Virus record (IMG/VR): IMGVR_UViG_3300038549_000013
Span: 1 to 54,252 of that record
Length of the DNA stretch: 54,252 bases
Direction: 5' to 3' (one strand)
From: a virus
Lineage: Duplodnaviria; Caudoviricetes
The translations under genes and the position numbers were made by a program. Positions 26,113-34,682 of this stretch are shown one piece after another. Each line of letters begins with the position of its first letter. Position 1 is the first letter of the stretch. A model generated the notes under the pieces. The model did not search any database and was not told where the DNA came from. It worked only from the letters and a program-made list of their open reading frames with translations.

Positions 26113-26279
26113 GGCGAGTACCAGTTCGCCGACTGCGCCCGGCGAGCCTCGCGGCGAATCCGCAGCTCCGAGAGCCGCAGCCGCACCTCGGCCCAGATGA
26201 GCAGGCCGAGGGCTGAGACGCCCCCGGCCACGAACAGCAGAACGACGAACCCGGCCAGCATCGTGAGGTTCTCGATCAT
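26109..26279 (-). CDS. small membrane protein
   Basis: MIENLTMLAGFVVLLFVAGGVSALGLLIW...; ATGA-coupled. Confidence 0.5.
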   Translation of the reverse strand: MIENLTMLAGFVVLLFVAGGVSALGLLIWAEVRLRLSELRIRREARRAQSANWYSP

Positions 26280-26614
26280 GGCACTTCCTCGACCCCGAAG
26301 TGCGCGAACATCTCGCGCGGCGGGATGAAGCGGTACGTCTTGCCGTCCTTGGTGAATGGCTCGGGCGGCGCGCGATTGAGCATCTCGACCGCCTGCTCAT
26401 GGGAGCGCTGCAGCGAGACGAGAGCATGGTAGGCCAGCAGCACGAAGGTGTCAGAGTCGTTCAGCCCTCGCACTTGCGCGGCTTCCATGACGGCGTGGAT
26501 CGTGGTGCAGTCGTATCGCGCATCCTTGATTGCCCTGCGCATCTCGGCGATTGTGGTTGGCCGAGATCCGTCGGCCCGAAGTCCAACGGATGGCATTGCG
26601 TCGATAAGTCTCAT
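26276..26614 (-). CDS. hypothetical protein
   Basis: AAGGAG RBS, ATGA coupling. Confidence 0.65.
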   Translation of the reverse strand: MRLIDAMPSVGLRADGSRPTTIAEMRRAIKDARYDCTTIHAVMEAAQVRGLNDSDTFVLLAYHALVSLQRSHEQAVEMLNRAPPEPFTKDGKTYRFIPPREMFAHFGVEEVP

Positions 26615-26832
26615 GGCTGTCTCCTTGCGCGGCCCGCGGGCCGCTGTTGGTGAACTACCCACCGCATGGCCAGCACAGCCACGTGGGGCACCGGGTGGCG
26701 CTCATCGCCACTGAGCCAGTACTCGACTGTCCGCTGCGACACGCGCAGAGCTGCGGCCGCCTGGGACTGGCTCATGCCGGCCTGCCCGATGAGGGTCCGC
26801 AGGTCCTGACGGAGTTGGGGTTGGTCGCTCAT
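26611..26832 (-). CDS. Aca1-like small HTH regulator
   Basis: LRTLIGQAGMSQSQAAAALRVSQRTVEYWLSG...PVP; similar to 6592..6765. Confidence 0.75.
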   Translation of the reverse strand: MSDQPQLRQDLRTLIGQAGMSQSQAAAALRVSQRTVEYWLSGDERHPVPHVAVLAMRWVVHQQRPAGRARRQP

Positions 26833-27053
26833 GCCTGCACCTGCTCATTCAGTACGCCGAACTTTCGCTCGCTGGCGTTGAAAAATGCGGGCAGACCAGC
26901 AGCCTTGCAGCGGCTCACCCAGCTAGCCATGACGCCAGCGCTTTGATACTGGTCGCAGACCAGCCACTTGCCTTCGGTCGTGAACTCGCGCACGTCGGCA
27001 AGATTTGCCTTGCCGACGATCTGTCCGATCTGTGCAAGGGTGAAAGTGGCCAT
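26829..27053 (-). CDS. small hypothetical protein, candidate anti-defence
   Basis: 74 aa, own promoter, GGAG RBS, coupled to the HTH gene. Confidence 0.65.
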   Translation of the reverse strand: MATFTLAQIGQIVGKANLADVREFTTEGKWLVCDQYQSAGVMASWVSRCKAAGLPAFFNASERKFGVLNEQVQA

Positions 27054-27100
27054 GCTGCTCTCCAGGTTTCTGGCCGCAGGACATCTGCGGCATGGGTGGT

Positions 27101-27138
27101 ACAGTACCGCAATCCGTTCGGGACCGCAATAGTTTCGG
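27101..27138 (-). promoter_or_regulatory. sigma70 promoter with two operator-like sites
   Basis: TTGCGG-N17-TACTGT; sites ccgcaatccgttcgg (27107-27121) and ccgcaatagtttcgg (27124-27138). Confidence 0.65.
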
Positions 27139-27251
27139 CGTGAGTATTTACCGAGGCGCGTCATCCTCGGCCACCACCTGCGCGTAACTCATGGCCCTGT
27201 GGCGCTCTGAGAGCCTCCTGCAGTGCATCGACAGCGAGTGGATGGCTCGGG

Positions 27252-27632
27252 TCAGGCGCAGCTGGTCTCGCGCCGTGGAGCCCTACGAATCACGCCATCC
27301 CACGGGTCCGGCCACTGAGCGCGAGCCAGGTGAGCCGGCAGGTGACTGGCAATCTCGCCGTAAGGGTCATGGGCACAGACTGGGCCCTGCAACGGGCCAG
27401 CCAGATACCAGCAGCCGTCCTCGCCCCAACCGCATCGCACGCCGCGGATCTGCGCGGCTGCGACGAATGCGGCGACTTTCGGCGCGTAGTCGTCTGTAAT
27501 CTTGGCCGCTGCATTCGCGGCCTCAGCGATTAGGACGGCGCCGTCAGGGCACCAAGGCGAGACCGGCAGCTCAACCCCAGTCGCAGCCTCGATCTGAAGC
27601 TGCACCAACCGTAGTGTCTCCTCGGGGCCCAT
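27252..27632 (-). CDS. hypothetical protein
   Basis: 126 aa, GGAG RBS. Confidence 0.6.
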   Translation of the reverse strand: MGPEETLRLVQLQIEAATGVELPVSPWCPDGAVLIAEAANAAAKITDDYAPKVAAFVAAAQIRGVRCGWGEDGCWYLAGPLQGPVCAHDPYGEIASHLPAHLARAQWPDPWDGVIRRAPRRETSCA

Positions 27633-27880
27633 TATCGACTCCTCCGATGTGGTCGTGCGTTATCTGCGCGGGTTCCGCCCCGTGCCTCATTGGCAGCACG
27701 TGCTCGTGCTGGAGCGATCTGCTCCAACTTGATTCTGGACCGAAACTGCTTTGCTCTGGCGTCAACCTCGTTGCCAAACTGGGCTGCCTTTTTGGCAACG
27801 CATGGCTCGCATCGACAGCTCAGCCGATGCTGCAGTCTTTCACAGGCTGGGCAGTGGCAATTTTCTTTGTGCCTCATCAT
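27632..27880 (-). CDS. Cys-rich basic hypothetical protein
   Basis: CHCPAC...CRCEPC; coupled. Confidence 0.55.
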   Translation of the reverse strand: MMRHKENCHCPACERLQHRLSCRCEPCVAKKAAQFGNEVDARAKQFRSRIKLEQIAPARARAANEARGGTRADNARPHRRSR

Positions 27881-28545
27881 GCCGGTACCAGTTCGCCATG
27901 TGCGGCGGTATGCGCGACCATGGCATCGTCATAGGCGATGCCATCGATCACAATCATGCCCGCCTCATCGGCGAGTTGCTCCAGGCTCAGGGGGCCCTGC
28001 CTGAGCTCGTGACGGCATTTGCCGCCAATGTCGGCAAGGTTTCCGCCACTGACCTCGTAAGTCGTGCCGTCGAGCGCCACAGCCATGGTGCGCGCGTCCA
28101 TGCAATGACGCCCCTCGGTGAGCTTCTCGGTGACGATCCATCCCTGAGCGGCCGCGTAGGTCGCTTGCGAGTCCAGGAGGGCAGCGGTGTGCTGCTGCTC
28201 CATGCTGACCTTGGCGGCGCCGGCAGCCGCCACCATCTTAGAGACCAGCTTGCGCTGCTCCTCGAGGCACGAGCCTACAATCTCCCAGAACGAGAATTTA
28301 CCGGCTGACCCGATCTTTCGGGTCACAACAGCGCGGCCTTCGCGGGCCGCTGCCTCAATCTCAGCCAGCGCCCAGGCTGGCTGGGCCTTGGCCGGCACGT
28401 GGTGGCGATGGCCATCCACAGTAAGGATGTTAGGCCGATGATCGCCGACGAAAAGATCCGTCGGCTGACCGAGCGTAGGCTCGCCGTCGGCCGGAATGAA
28501 TCGTGCGGGCTGCTCGCGCCGCTCGTTGTTGTCCCAGTGTGCCAT
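27877..28545 (-). CDS. hypothetical protein
   Basis: 222 aa, GGAGGAG RBS, first gene after a promoter. Confidence 0.7.
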   Translation of the reverse strand: MAHWDNNERREQPARFIPADGEPTLGQPTDLFVGDHRPNILTVDGHRHHVPAKAQPAWALAEIEAAAREGRAVVTRKIGSAGKFSFWEIVGSCLEEQRKLVSKMVAAAGAAKVSMEQQHTAALLDSQATYAAAQGWIVTEKLTEGRHCMDARTMAVALDGTTYEVSGGNLADIGGKCRHELRQGPLSLEQLADEAGMIVIDGIAYDDAMVAHTAAHGELVPA

Positions 28546-28587
28546 CGAGGTTGCTCCTCCGGCTGCGTGGTTGCTGCCGATGGGTGC

Positions 28588-28616
28588 AATCTACCGCAAT
28601 CATTGCGGCTAGGCAA
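28588..28616 (-). promoter_or_regulatory. sigma70 promoter with palindromic operator
   Basis: TTGCCT-N17-TAGATT; the spacer holds CCGCAAT-c-ATTGCGG (28594-28608). Confidence 0.72.
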
Positions 28617-28649
28617 GCGGTGCCGTGTACGTAGTTTCCGAGGGATGAG

Positions 28650-29137
28650 TTTTTTCAGGCAAAAGCATTCACTGATCCTTAGGGAACCCCCACTGTCCGG
28701 GGTCCGGCTGCCGCTGTGGATCAGGGCATGGTGCTTGGTTCAGGTGGACTTGGCAGCGCAATTCGCAGATCCGTTCGCCTCCATGGCACTCGGACGGTCC
28801 CCACCGGCGGGAAGCTCCCGCGGGCTTTGTTCCACTAACCTGCTTTCAGCCTGTAGGCTCCTGCGCCCTCAAGCTCGGTCGGATCAGGCCCGACGCTGCC
28901 AATACACTCGGTTTGTATCGCTCGCGTATGCGTTTGGAGCGCCCGACTGACGGGAACAGCAGATCAGAGTGGAACTTGGGCAGGGGCTGGGGCATCATAT
29001 GCACCGGGACCATGTCGCGGTCTCACCGTGGCTCGGACTGCTGTTACAGACGGCCACTGCCGCAGGAGCTTTCGTCGGCTCACTGCGGTGTTGAAATCAT
29101 ACCCGCTAGTTGCGCAAGTGGCTAGCGGGTATTTTTT
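28650..29137. ncRNA. candidate large structured non-coding element
   Basis: No credible ORF; three perfect 8-9 bp long-range helices in crossing order plus many hairpins. Confidence 0.5.
29099..29137 (+). terminator. intrinsic terminator
   Basis: atacccgctagttgc-GCAA-gtggctagcgggtat, with G-U pairs and a GNRA loop on the plus strand, followed by a T-tract. Confidence 0.7.
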
Positions 29138-29199
29138 CGCCCACGTCAAGGGCAATCTGCTACTATTTGCAGCATGAATCGAAGTGCTGAGAATCCCTG

Positions 29200-29565
29200 A
29201 TGGCTGGCCGCAACTACACGTCGCATCGTCCAAAAGCGCATGCCATCCACGACGAATTCCAAGACCGCTGGATATTCATCGAGCCGGTTGTGATGGGCAG
29301 TCGCGAGCAGGAGTTCATGCGCCGTTTCGCCGCCGGCCGCAGCATGCAACAGATAGCCCATGAGATGGGCGTGTCGGAGCGCACTGCCAGCAGCTTTTCG
29401 ACAGACCTGCAGTTCAAATTTCAGGTGACAGGGGTGCGCAAGCTGTTCCTGATCGCCATTCAGCTCTACCCAAGAGCTGCCACTATCGGAGGGCGCGCCA
29501 GATACAGCACCCGGGAGCCGTCTACAGTAAATGCGCCCGGAACTGCCCCGAGGCGCGCTCTCTGA
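29200..29565 (+). CDS. LuxR/GerE-type HTH protein
   Basis: SREQEFMRRFAAGRSMQQIAHEMGVSERTA. Confidence 0.7.
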   Translation: MAGRNYTSHRPKAHAIHDEFQDRWIFIEPVVMGSREQEFMRRFAAGRSMQQIAHEMGVSERTASSFSTDLQFKFQVTGVRKLFLIAIQLYPRAATIGGRARYSTREPSTVNAPGTAPRRAL

Positions 29566-29587
29566 CCCTTCCACCAGAGATCCGAGC

Positions 29588-30016
29588 ATGAAGAAAATCG
29601 CAGGCGAATCGGAAATCAATCTCTATGGCTGGATTCTATTGGCCATTGTGTTTTTGCTGGGCATTGGAATTGGCGTAGCTGCTTCGGCTCAAGATGCGCA
29701 GTCGTTGGCTCCTGTGGATCCTGCCTTGAGCCCCCGCCAAACCTCACGGCTCACCATCGAGTGGGCCGAGGTGTCGGACATCAAGAAGCTCGAGGACAAG
29801 GCCATTGAGATCCTGCGCCGCACTGGCGCCGTCACTGGCGAGCGCATGACGCTCCAAGAGGCGCGTGCGTACGTGAGGCTAGGCGAGGATGGCCAGCCAA
29901 ATGCGAACGGCTGGACGAACATCGCAGTTTGCCTGGAGTTGGTTGCGACTGACCGCTTGCGAGGGATCGTGCAGGCCAAGGTCGAGCGGGTGCAAATCGA
30001 GCGGGTGACGCCATGA
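29588..30016 (+). CDS. hypothetical protein with N-terminal TM/signal segment
   Basis: LYGWILLAIVFLLGIGIGVAA. Confidence 0.65.
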   Translation: MKKIAGESEINLYGWILLAIVFLLGIGIGVAASAQDAQSLAPVDPALSPRQTSRLTIEWAEVSDIKKLEDKAIEILRRTGAVTGERMTLQEARAYVRLGEDGQPNANGWTNIAVCLELVATDRLRGIVQAKVERVQIERVTP

Positions 30017-30537
30017 GCTCGCCCGTGCTCGTACGGACGGATATCCAGCGCCGGGCGCTGGAGGATCTTGTCTCAGGGCAGACCGTGGCCCAGATCGCAT
30101 TTAGGCGCGGCTGCACCTCGGAGGTCGTCTACGCGCAGCTGACCAGAGTGAAGCGAGCCAACAAGCTCGGCACCATTGACGACCTGCAGGCTGCCGCTCG
30201 CGCCCGTGGAGTTGCGTTTGCCGAGGGCAAGTACAGAGGCGGCAACACCAGCAAGCGTCCTCCTGCGGATGTCCTGGAGCGCTACGCCGGCATGCTCGAG
30301 CGCCGTGAGATCAGCCGCGCGCAGGTGGCCAGGGAGTTTGGCGTCTCGCTGTCGACGCTGAGGCGCTGGCTTCCGACGGCGGGCAATGATGAGCCTGCAG
30401 TCATCAAAAAGCCCGATATCCGCGAGTCGTTGGCCAAGCCTCTACCGCTCATCGACCGGGAGGCGCGCAGCCGGGAAAGGCGACATCGCGAGCTAGCCAA
30501 GCGCGCGGCGCTCCGGGCAGAGATGGCGGGCAACTGA
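30013..30537 (+). CDS. double-HTH protein
   Basis: LuxR-like GQTVAQIA...V HTH, then SRAQVAREFGVSLSTLRRW. Confidence 0.75.
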   Translation: MSSPVLVRTDIQRRALEDLVSGQTVAQIAFRRGCTSEVVYAQLTRVKRANKLGTIDDLQAAARARGVAFAEGKYRGGNTSKRPPADVLERYAGMLERREISRAQVAREFGVSLSTLRRWLPTAGNDEPAVIKKPDIRESLAKPLPLIDREARSRERRHRELAKRAALRAEMAGN

Positions 30538-30540
30538 TCC

Positions 30541-30822
30541 ATGGCCAGACCTAGAGTCATCAGCGACGACATGCGCGCTCGGATACTGGCGGTGATCGAG
30601 CTGCGCAGCAAGCTACCGAGTGACCAAGAGCTAGCGGCGGAGGCCGGCGTGACGCGATCGGCAATCCGCCAGTTTGTGCTGTGGCATCGCGGACAGACGA
30701 CGGTCCAGAAAAGGCGGGCAAAAAGATCAGAGTTAATAGCATCTTGTGCAGTTTCAGGCGCTGAAAGTGCATGTATGATCGGGTGTCATGACCGATCTGA
30801 CGAGACAATTGCAGGGCCGTGA
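30541..30822 (+). CDS. small HTH protein
   Basis: LPSDQELAAEAGVTRSAIRQ. Confidence 0.65.
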   Translation: MARPRVISDDMRARILAVIELRSKLPSDQELAAEAGVTRSAIRQFVLWHRGQTTVQKRRAKRSELIASCAVSGAESACMIGCHDRSDETIAGP

Positions 30823-31021
30823 GATTGCAGATTTATCCTGCAACGGGACCACGCTGCTGATTCGGACCAAGTGCGGAACTGACATCACCGTACGCTGGGT
30901 CGATCACAACGGCGTCGCCATCAAGGGCAAGCCGATCATAGCCAGCAAGGGCTTTCGGCTGAATTGCCGGGACTTCAGCGGTCTGGTCTACGGTCCAGTG
31001 ACCAGCGGTATCAGGAGATGA
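30788..31021 (+). CDS. hypothetical protein
   Basis: 77 aa, ends just before the next gene. Confidence 0.55.
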   Translation: MTDLTRQLQGREIADLSCNGTTLLIRTKCGTDITVRWVDHNGVAIKGKPIIASKGFRLNCRDFSGLVYGPVTSGIRR

Positions 31022-31022
31022 C

Positions 31023-31448
31023 GTGGCGAGCTATCAGAAGCACCAGGACTTCGTAGAGCAGGTACTCAAGGGCGTTCACAATTTCAGCAGTCACACGCTG
31101 AAGATGTCCTTGCATAACACCGCTCCGACCGTAACCAACACGGTCTTCGCCAACCTGACTGAGATCAGTGCTGGCAATGGCTATTCAGCGGGCGGCGCCA
31201 CGCTGGACAGCGTGACCCTGAGCGAAACATCAGGCACTGCGAAGGTCGTGATTGCCGACGAGGTAATCACGGCATCAGGCGGCAGCATCGGCCCCTTCAG
31301 ATACCCTGATTTCTACAACGACACTCCAACTTCGCCAGCTGACCCGCTGATCTGTTTCTTCGACTACGGGTCGTCGATCACTCTTGCGGACACCGAAACT
31401 TTCACGGCCGACCTGTCAGATTCAAATGGCCTTTTCCAGCTTGTTTGA
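31023..31448 (+). CDS. probable virion structural protein (fibre/spike-base type)
   Basis: Beta-rich; EIS.GNGY..GG.TL, IGPFRY...YNDT...DPLI..FDYG.SITL; AGGAG RBS. Confidence 0.6.
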   Translation: MASYQKHQDFVEQVLKGVHNFSSHTLKMSLHNTAPTVTNTVFANLTEISAGNGYSAGGATLDSVTLSETSGTAKVVIADEVITASGGSIGPFRYPDFYNDTPTSPADPLICFFDYGSSITLADTETFTADLSDSNGLFQLV

Positions 31449-31500
31449 AAATTTGTGAGCAACCGGAACAGTCAAGGCATCTAGTGAGCAGGTTTCAGAA

Positions 31501-31785
31501 ATGAGCGATCCGACAGCATTGATCCGAAAGACCGCCGGGGACACCTCGGCCCTCGACGCCGTGCGCAATCGCTACGCCGACCTCTGCAAGCTGCGAGACG
31601 CGGCGAATGCCAAGGCCGGCGACCTGCAGGCAAAGCTCGATGCGGCCAACCTGCGGGCTGAGACGGCGCGACGCGAGGCCAACGAGTACGCAGCGCAGAT
31701 CCAGAACATCCGCGGCGGCGGTGAGAACTGGCTCGCGCTCAAGAAGGAGATCGGCCAGCTCGCGCGAATGCTGGGCGGTCTGTGA
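31501..31785 (+). CDS. coiled-coil hypothetical protein
   Basis: 94 aa, heptad pattern. Confidence 0.7.
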   Translation: MSDPTALIRKTAGDTSALDAVRNRYADLCKLRDAANAKAGDLQAKLDAANLRAETARREANEYAAQIQNIRGGGENWLALKKEIGQLARMLGGL

Positions 31786-31789
31786 TCGC

Positions 31790-32440
31790 ATGCCGCGAGC
31801 CCTTCGCATTGGCCATGCCCTGACGAGCTACGACACGTCGTTTCCGGCGACAGAGAATCCCCTGTCTCAGTCGAGTCGGTGGCGCGTAGGCGGCGTGACT
31901 GGCTTCTACCGCAATCCTCGCACCACATCGGGCCGGTGCTTTGCCGCATCGTTCGTGACGCCCGACGAGTACGACGACTGCCTTGCGCATTTGCAGGGGC
32001 ATGCAATCTCCGCCAACCACTACGTCGAGGGCACCATCTACCGCGAGAGCGGATACGACACGCCGGGTGCCACGCATGAGGTGGGGCTATACCTGCGCAT
32101 GACGATCGGCGAGGAGTTCGTATCCGGCTACGAGTTCCTGTTCGAGGCTCAGGGATCGTTTCAGGTCGTACGGTGGGAGGGTACGCACCACACCATCGAC
32201 AACTTTTTCACCGGCATCGATGTCAGCGGGAGCAGCCCCGGCGCGCTCTCGCATGGCGATGTGGTTCGGGTGGAGGTGGTTGACGACGAATTCGCGGCAC
32301 TGCTCAACGGCGTGGAGTTCGCGAGCTTCACGGACGACACCTTCTCCACTGGCAGCCCTGGGCTTGGCTTCTTTGTTCGCGAGGGCAGCACGACGCCCGC
32401 GAATTACTGCTTCTCGCGTTGGCGAGCAGGAGCTGCATAG
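31790..32440 (+). CDS. lectin/ConA-like beta-sandwich protein
   Basis: GD..R.E......ALLNG......TDDTFSTGSPG pattern, shared with the N-domain of 33570..34682. Confidence 0.55.
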   Translation: MPRALRIGHALTSYDTSFPATENPLSQSSRWRVGGVTGFYRNPRTTSGRCFAASFVTPDEYDDCLAHLQGHAISANHYVEGTIYRESGYDTPGATHEVGLYLRMTIGEEFVSGYEFLFEAQGSFQVVRWEGTHHTIDNFFTGIDVSGSSPGALSHGDVVRVEVVDDEFAALLNGVEFASFTDDTFSTGSPGLGFFVREGSTTPANYCFSRWRAGAA

Positions 32441-33004
32441 ATGCGCGTCTACGTCATGCCGATGATTGGCACGGGCGGCTACCAGAATCCCAAGCGGCCG
32501 AAGTACTCGACCGCCATGGGCGCGTACAGCTTTTCGCAGTACACGCCCGACATGGTGTGCACGGTCGCATGCGACCCGAGCGTAGGGCAGCAGACTGCGA
32601 TCGCGCTGGATGCCCAAGTGATCAACTACCCATCCAACCTGGACAGCCTTGTGGTGCTCGGCGCTCTGCTGGGATTCTCGAACGCGCACGAGTCCTACAA
32701 CATCCCCTGTAACTGGCTGGTGATCGGGATGAGCTATCGCGTGGTGGCGCGGCGCGTGTTCACGACCATGGCCCTTGCTCACCGGATGTTTGCCAATGGT
32801 GAGCAGTTGAGGTCCATCGACCTCGAGGACCCAATCAGCGACTACCAAACGGATGCCCTTGCGGCCTTCTACCAATCCATCGATGACCTTGGATTGAGCG
32901 CCGCGGGGATCTCAAACGATGACACCCTGCGCGTGGCTATCGGTAAGGTCGTAGAGCAGGCCGACGAGACCGAGTTCGACTTTGGGGCCATCGGCACCGT
33001 ATGA
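32441..33004 (+). CDS. hypothetical protein (tandem paralog 1)
   Basis: RVYVMP...KRPKY...NIPCNW...MSYR...GISNDDTLR. Confidence 0.7.
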   Translation: MRVYVMPMIGTGGYQNPKRPKYSTAMGAYSFSQYTPDMVCTVACDPSVGQQTAIALDAQVINYPSNLDSLVVLGALLGFSNAHESYNIPCNWLVIGMSYRVVARRVFTTMALAHRMFANGEQLRSIDLEDPISDYQTDALAAFYQSIDDLGLSAAGISNDDTLRVAIGKVVEQADETEFDFGAIGTV

Positions 33005-33570
33005 CCGTGCGCGCGTACCTCATGCCCACGATCACGCAGGCCGAGGGCCGGTACACAGCCAAGCGCGGCAAATACGTGCGGCTGCTGTCCAACAGCGCTG
33101 TCATCCACTACGGCCCCGAGCCGTACTGCATCGTCATCTCGGACGTGGATGCCACACAGCATACCAACGTGATGGCAAACGCTGATGTCCGGGCACTCCC
33201 GGCAAACCTGGACGGGACCATAACCAATGGCACGCGCACAACGATCGTGAACGCGCTGGAGGCGGCGAACATCCCTGCGCAATGGGTCTCCAACGGGATG
33301 ACGTTCCGCGTGTTCCTGCGCTGCCTCGTTGGAGTATTTCGCATCCTGCAGGGAGTGCACGGGCGCAAGTTTCGACTGCTGCAAGCTGCGCTGAATGACC
33401 CGCTGAGCTCGCTACCGGCCAACGTCCGCCAAGCGCTGCAAGAGATCGCGCAGTCGATGAGCCTTGACACGACAGGGATCACGGCCAGCACCACATTGCG
33501 CGCAGCGCTGACGGCGCTAGGTAATCAGTTTGCTGACCGTCCAGTGCATTACTCTGGGGTGTCGCTGTAG
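33001..33570 (+). CDS. hypothetical protein (tandem paralog 2)
   Basis: RAYLMP...KRGKY...NIPAQW...MTFR...GITASTTLR. Confidence 0.7.
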   Translation: MTVRAYLMPTITQAEGRYTAKRGKYVRLLSNSAVIHYGPEPYCIVISDVDATQHTNVMANADVRALPANLDGTITNGTRTTIVNALEAANIPAQWVSNGMTFRVFLRCLVGVFRILQGVHGRKFRLLQAALNDPLSSLPANVRQALQEIAQSMSLDTTGITASTTLRAALTALGNQFADRPVHYSGVSL

Positions 33571-34682
33571 TGGCCAGCGACAACTTCAACCGAGCCAACG
33601 AGAGCCCCATTGCCTCGCCATGGGGAGCGTGGGGCAGCTTTGGGACTTGCAGGCTGGTATCCAACGCATTGCGCAACTCTGCCGGCTCAGACTCTGAGAG
33701 CGGCACGCTGTACGGCTCGAGCAGCGCCCAGTCCTCGCAGCTCGACTATGTGAGCGGCACCACTGACGGCGGGCCGGCGCTCCACTGCGGCACTGGGCCA
33801 GATGGCTATCTTGTCACCGCATACAACGCCGTCGAGGTGTTCATTTTCCGCGTGGACGACGGCGGCTACACCGAACTCGGCCATGCCACCGGCGTGTACA
33901 CGGCCGGACAGGCCAATCGCATTCGCCGAAGCGGCGGCGACCTGATCTACAGCAAGAACGGCTCGGACCTTTTCTCGGTCAGCGACAGCACCTACACGGG
34001 CGGGAGTCCCGGCGCCTTTTCTTATGCTGGCGATCTCATTCAGGACAACTGGACAGATGGTGCATCCAGCGCCGCGTACACGCTGACAGCTGAGCAAGGA
34101 TCGTACGCACTCACGGGGCAGGCTACTGGGCTGCGTGCAGCTCGTCGCATCACCGCCACACAGGGCAGCTATGCCCTCAATGGCCAAGCTGTGGCACTGC
34201 GCATGGGGCGCGCCTCACTCACCGCTGCACAGGGCTCGTATGCCCTCAACGGCCAGTCTGTGACGCTCACCGGCCCCGAGGTCAGCTACTCGCTCACCAT
34301 GGAGCAAGGCAGCTACGCCTACACCGGATCGGATGCGGCAGTGGACAGCGAGATCAACATTGAGTCCGGCAGCTACGCGCTCAATGGCAACGACGTTGCA
34401 CTGCGCGTCGGTCGAAAGACATCGATGGCTCAGGGCAGCTACAGCCTCAACGGCCAGGCGCTCGCCATTCGAGTCGCGCGCACCATGACCATGGGGCAGG
34501 GCAGCTATGCGCTGAGCGGCCAGAGCGTCCAGTTGACGCAGCATGACCCCACGCCCGTGATCACCATGGAGACTGGCTCCTACACGCTGGATGGCCGCCA
34601 GGTGGCGCTATTCGGTCCTGGCGGCAGCAATGCCTATATCACCTACAGACCTAACGATCCCTTTGGCTGGTGGAGACCATGA
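33570..34682 (+). CDS. probable fibre protein: lectin-like domain plus eight GSY repeats
   Basis: SDNFNRAN N-domain; eight ~22-aa (Q/S/T)GSY.L.G repeats. Confidence 0.65.
   Translation: MASDNFNRANESPIASPWGAWGSFGTCRLVSNALRNSAGSDSESGTLYGSSSAQSSQLDYVSGTTDGGPALHCGTGPDGYLVTAYNAVEVFIFRVDDGGYTELGHATGVYTAGQANRIRRSGGDLIYSKNGSDLFSVSDSTYTGGSPGAFSYAGDLIQDNWTDGASSAAYTLTAEQGSYALTGQATGLRAARRITATQGSYALNGQAVALRMGRASLTAAQGSYALNGQSVTLTGPEVSYSLTMEQGSYAYTGSDAAVDSEINIESGSYALNGNDVALRVGRKTSMAQGSYSLNGQALAIRVARTMTMGQGSYALSGQSVQLTQHDPTPVITMETGSYTLDGRQVALFGPGGSNAYITYRPNDPFGWWRP

Noticed and set aside
29052-29074. cactgccgcaggagct resembles part of a type I-F CRISPR repeat (possible RNA anti-CRISPR)
   Set aside because: The match needs gaps, the CTGCC/GGCAG stem and GAAA end are missing, and the bases belong to another hairpin.
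28399-29233. ORFs 28399..28950 (+), 28913..29125 (+) and 28964..29233 (-)
   Set aside because: They lack a convincing RBS, have non-protein-like composition, and overlap a promoter or terminator.
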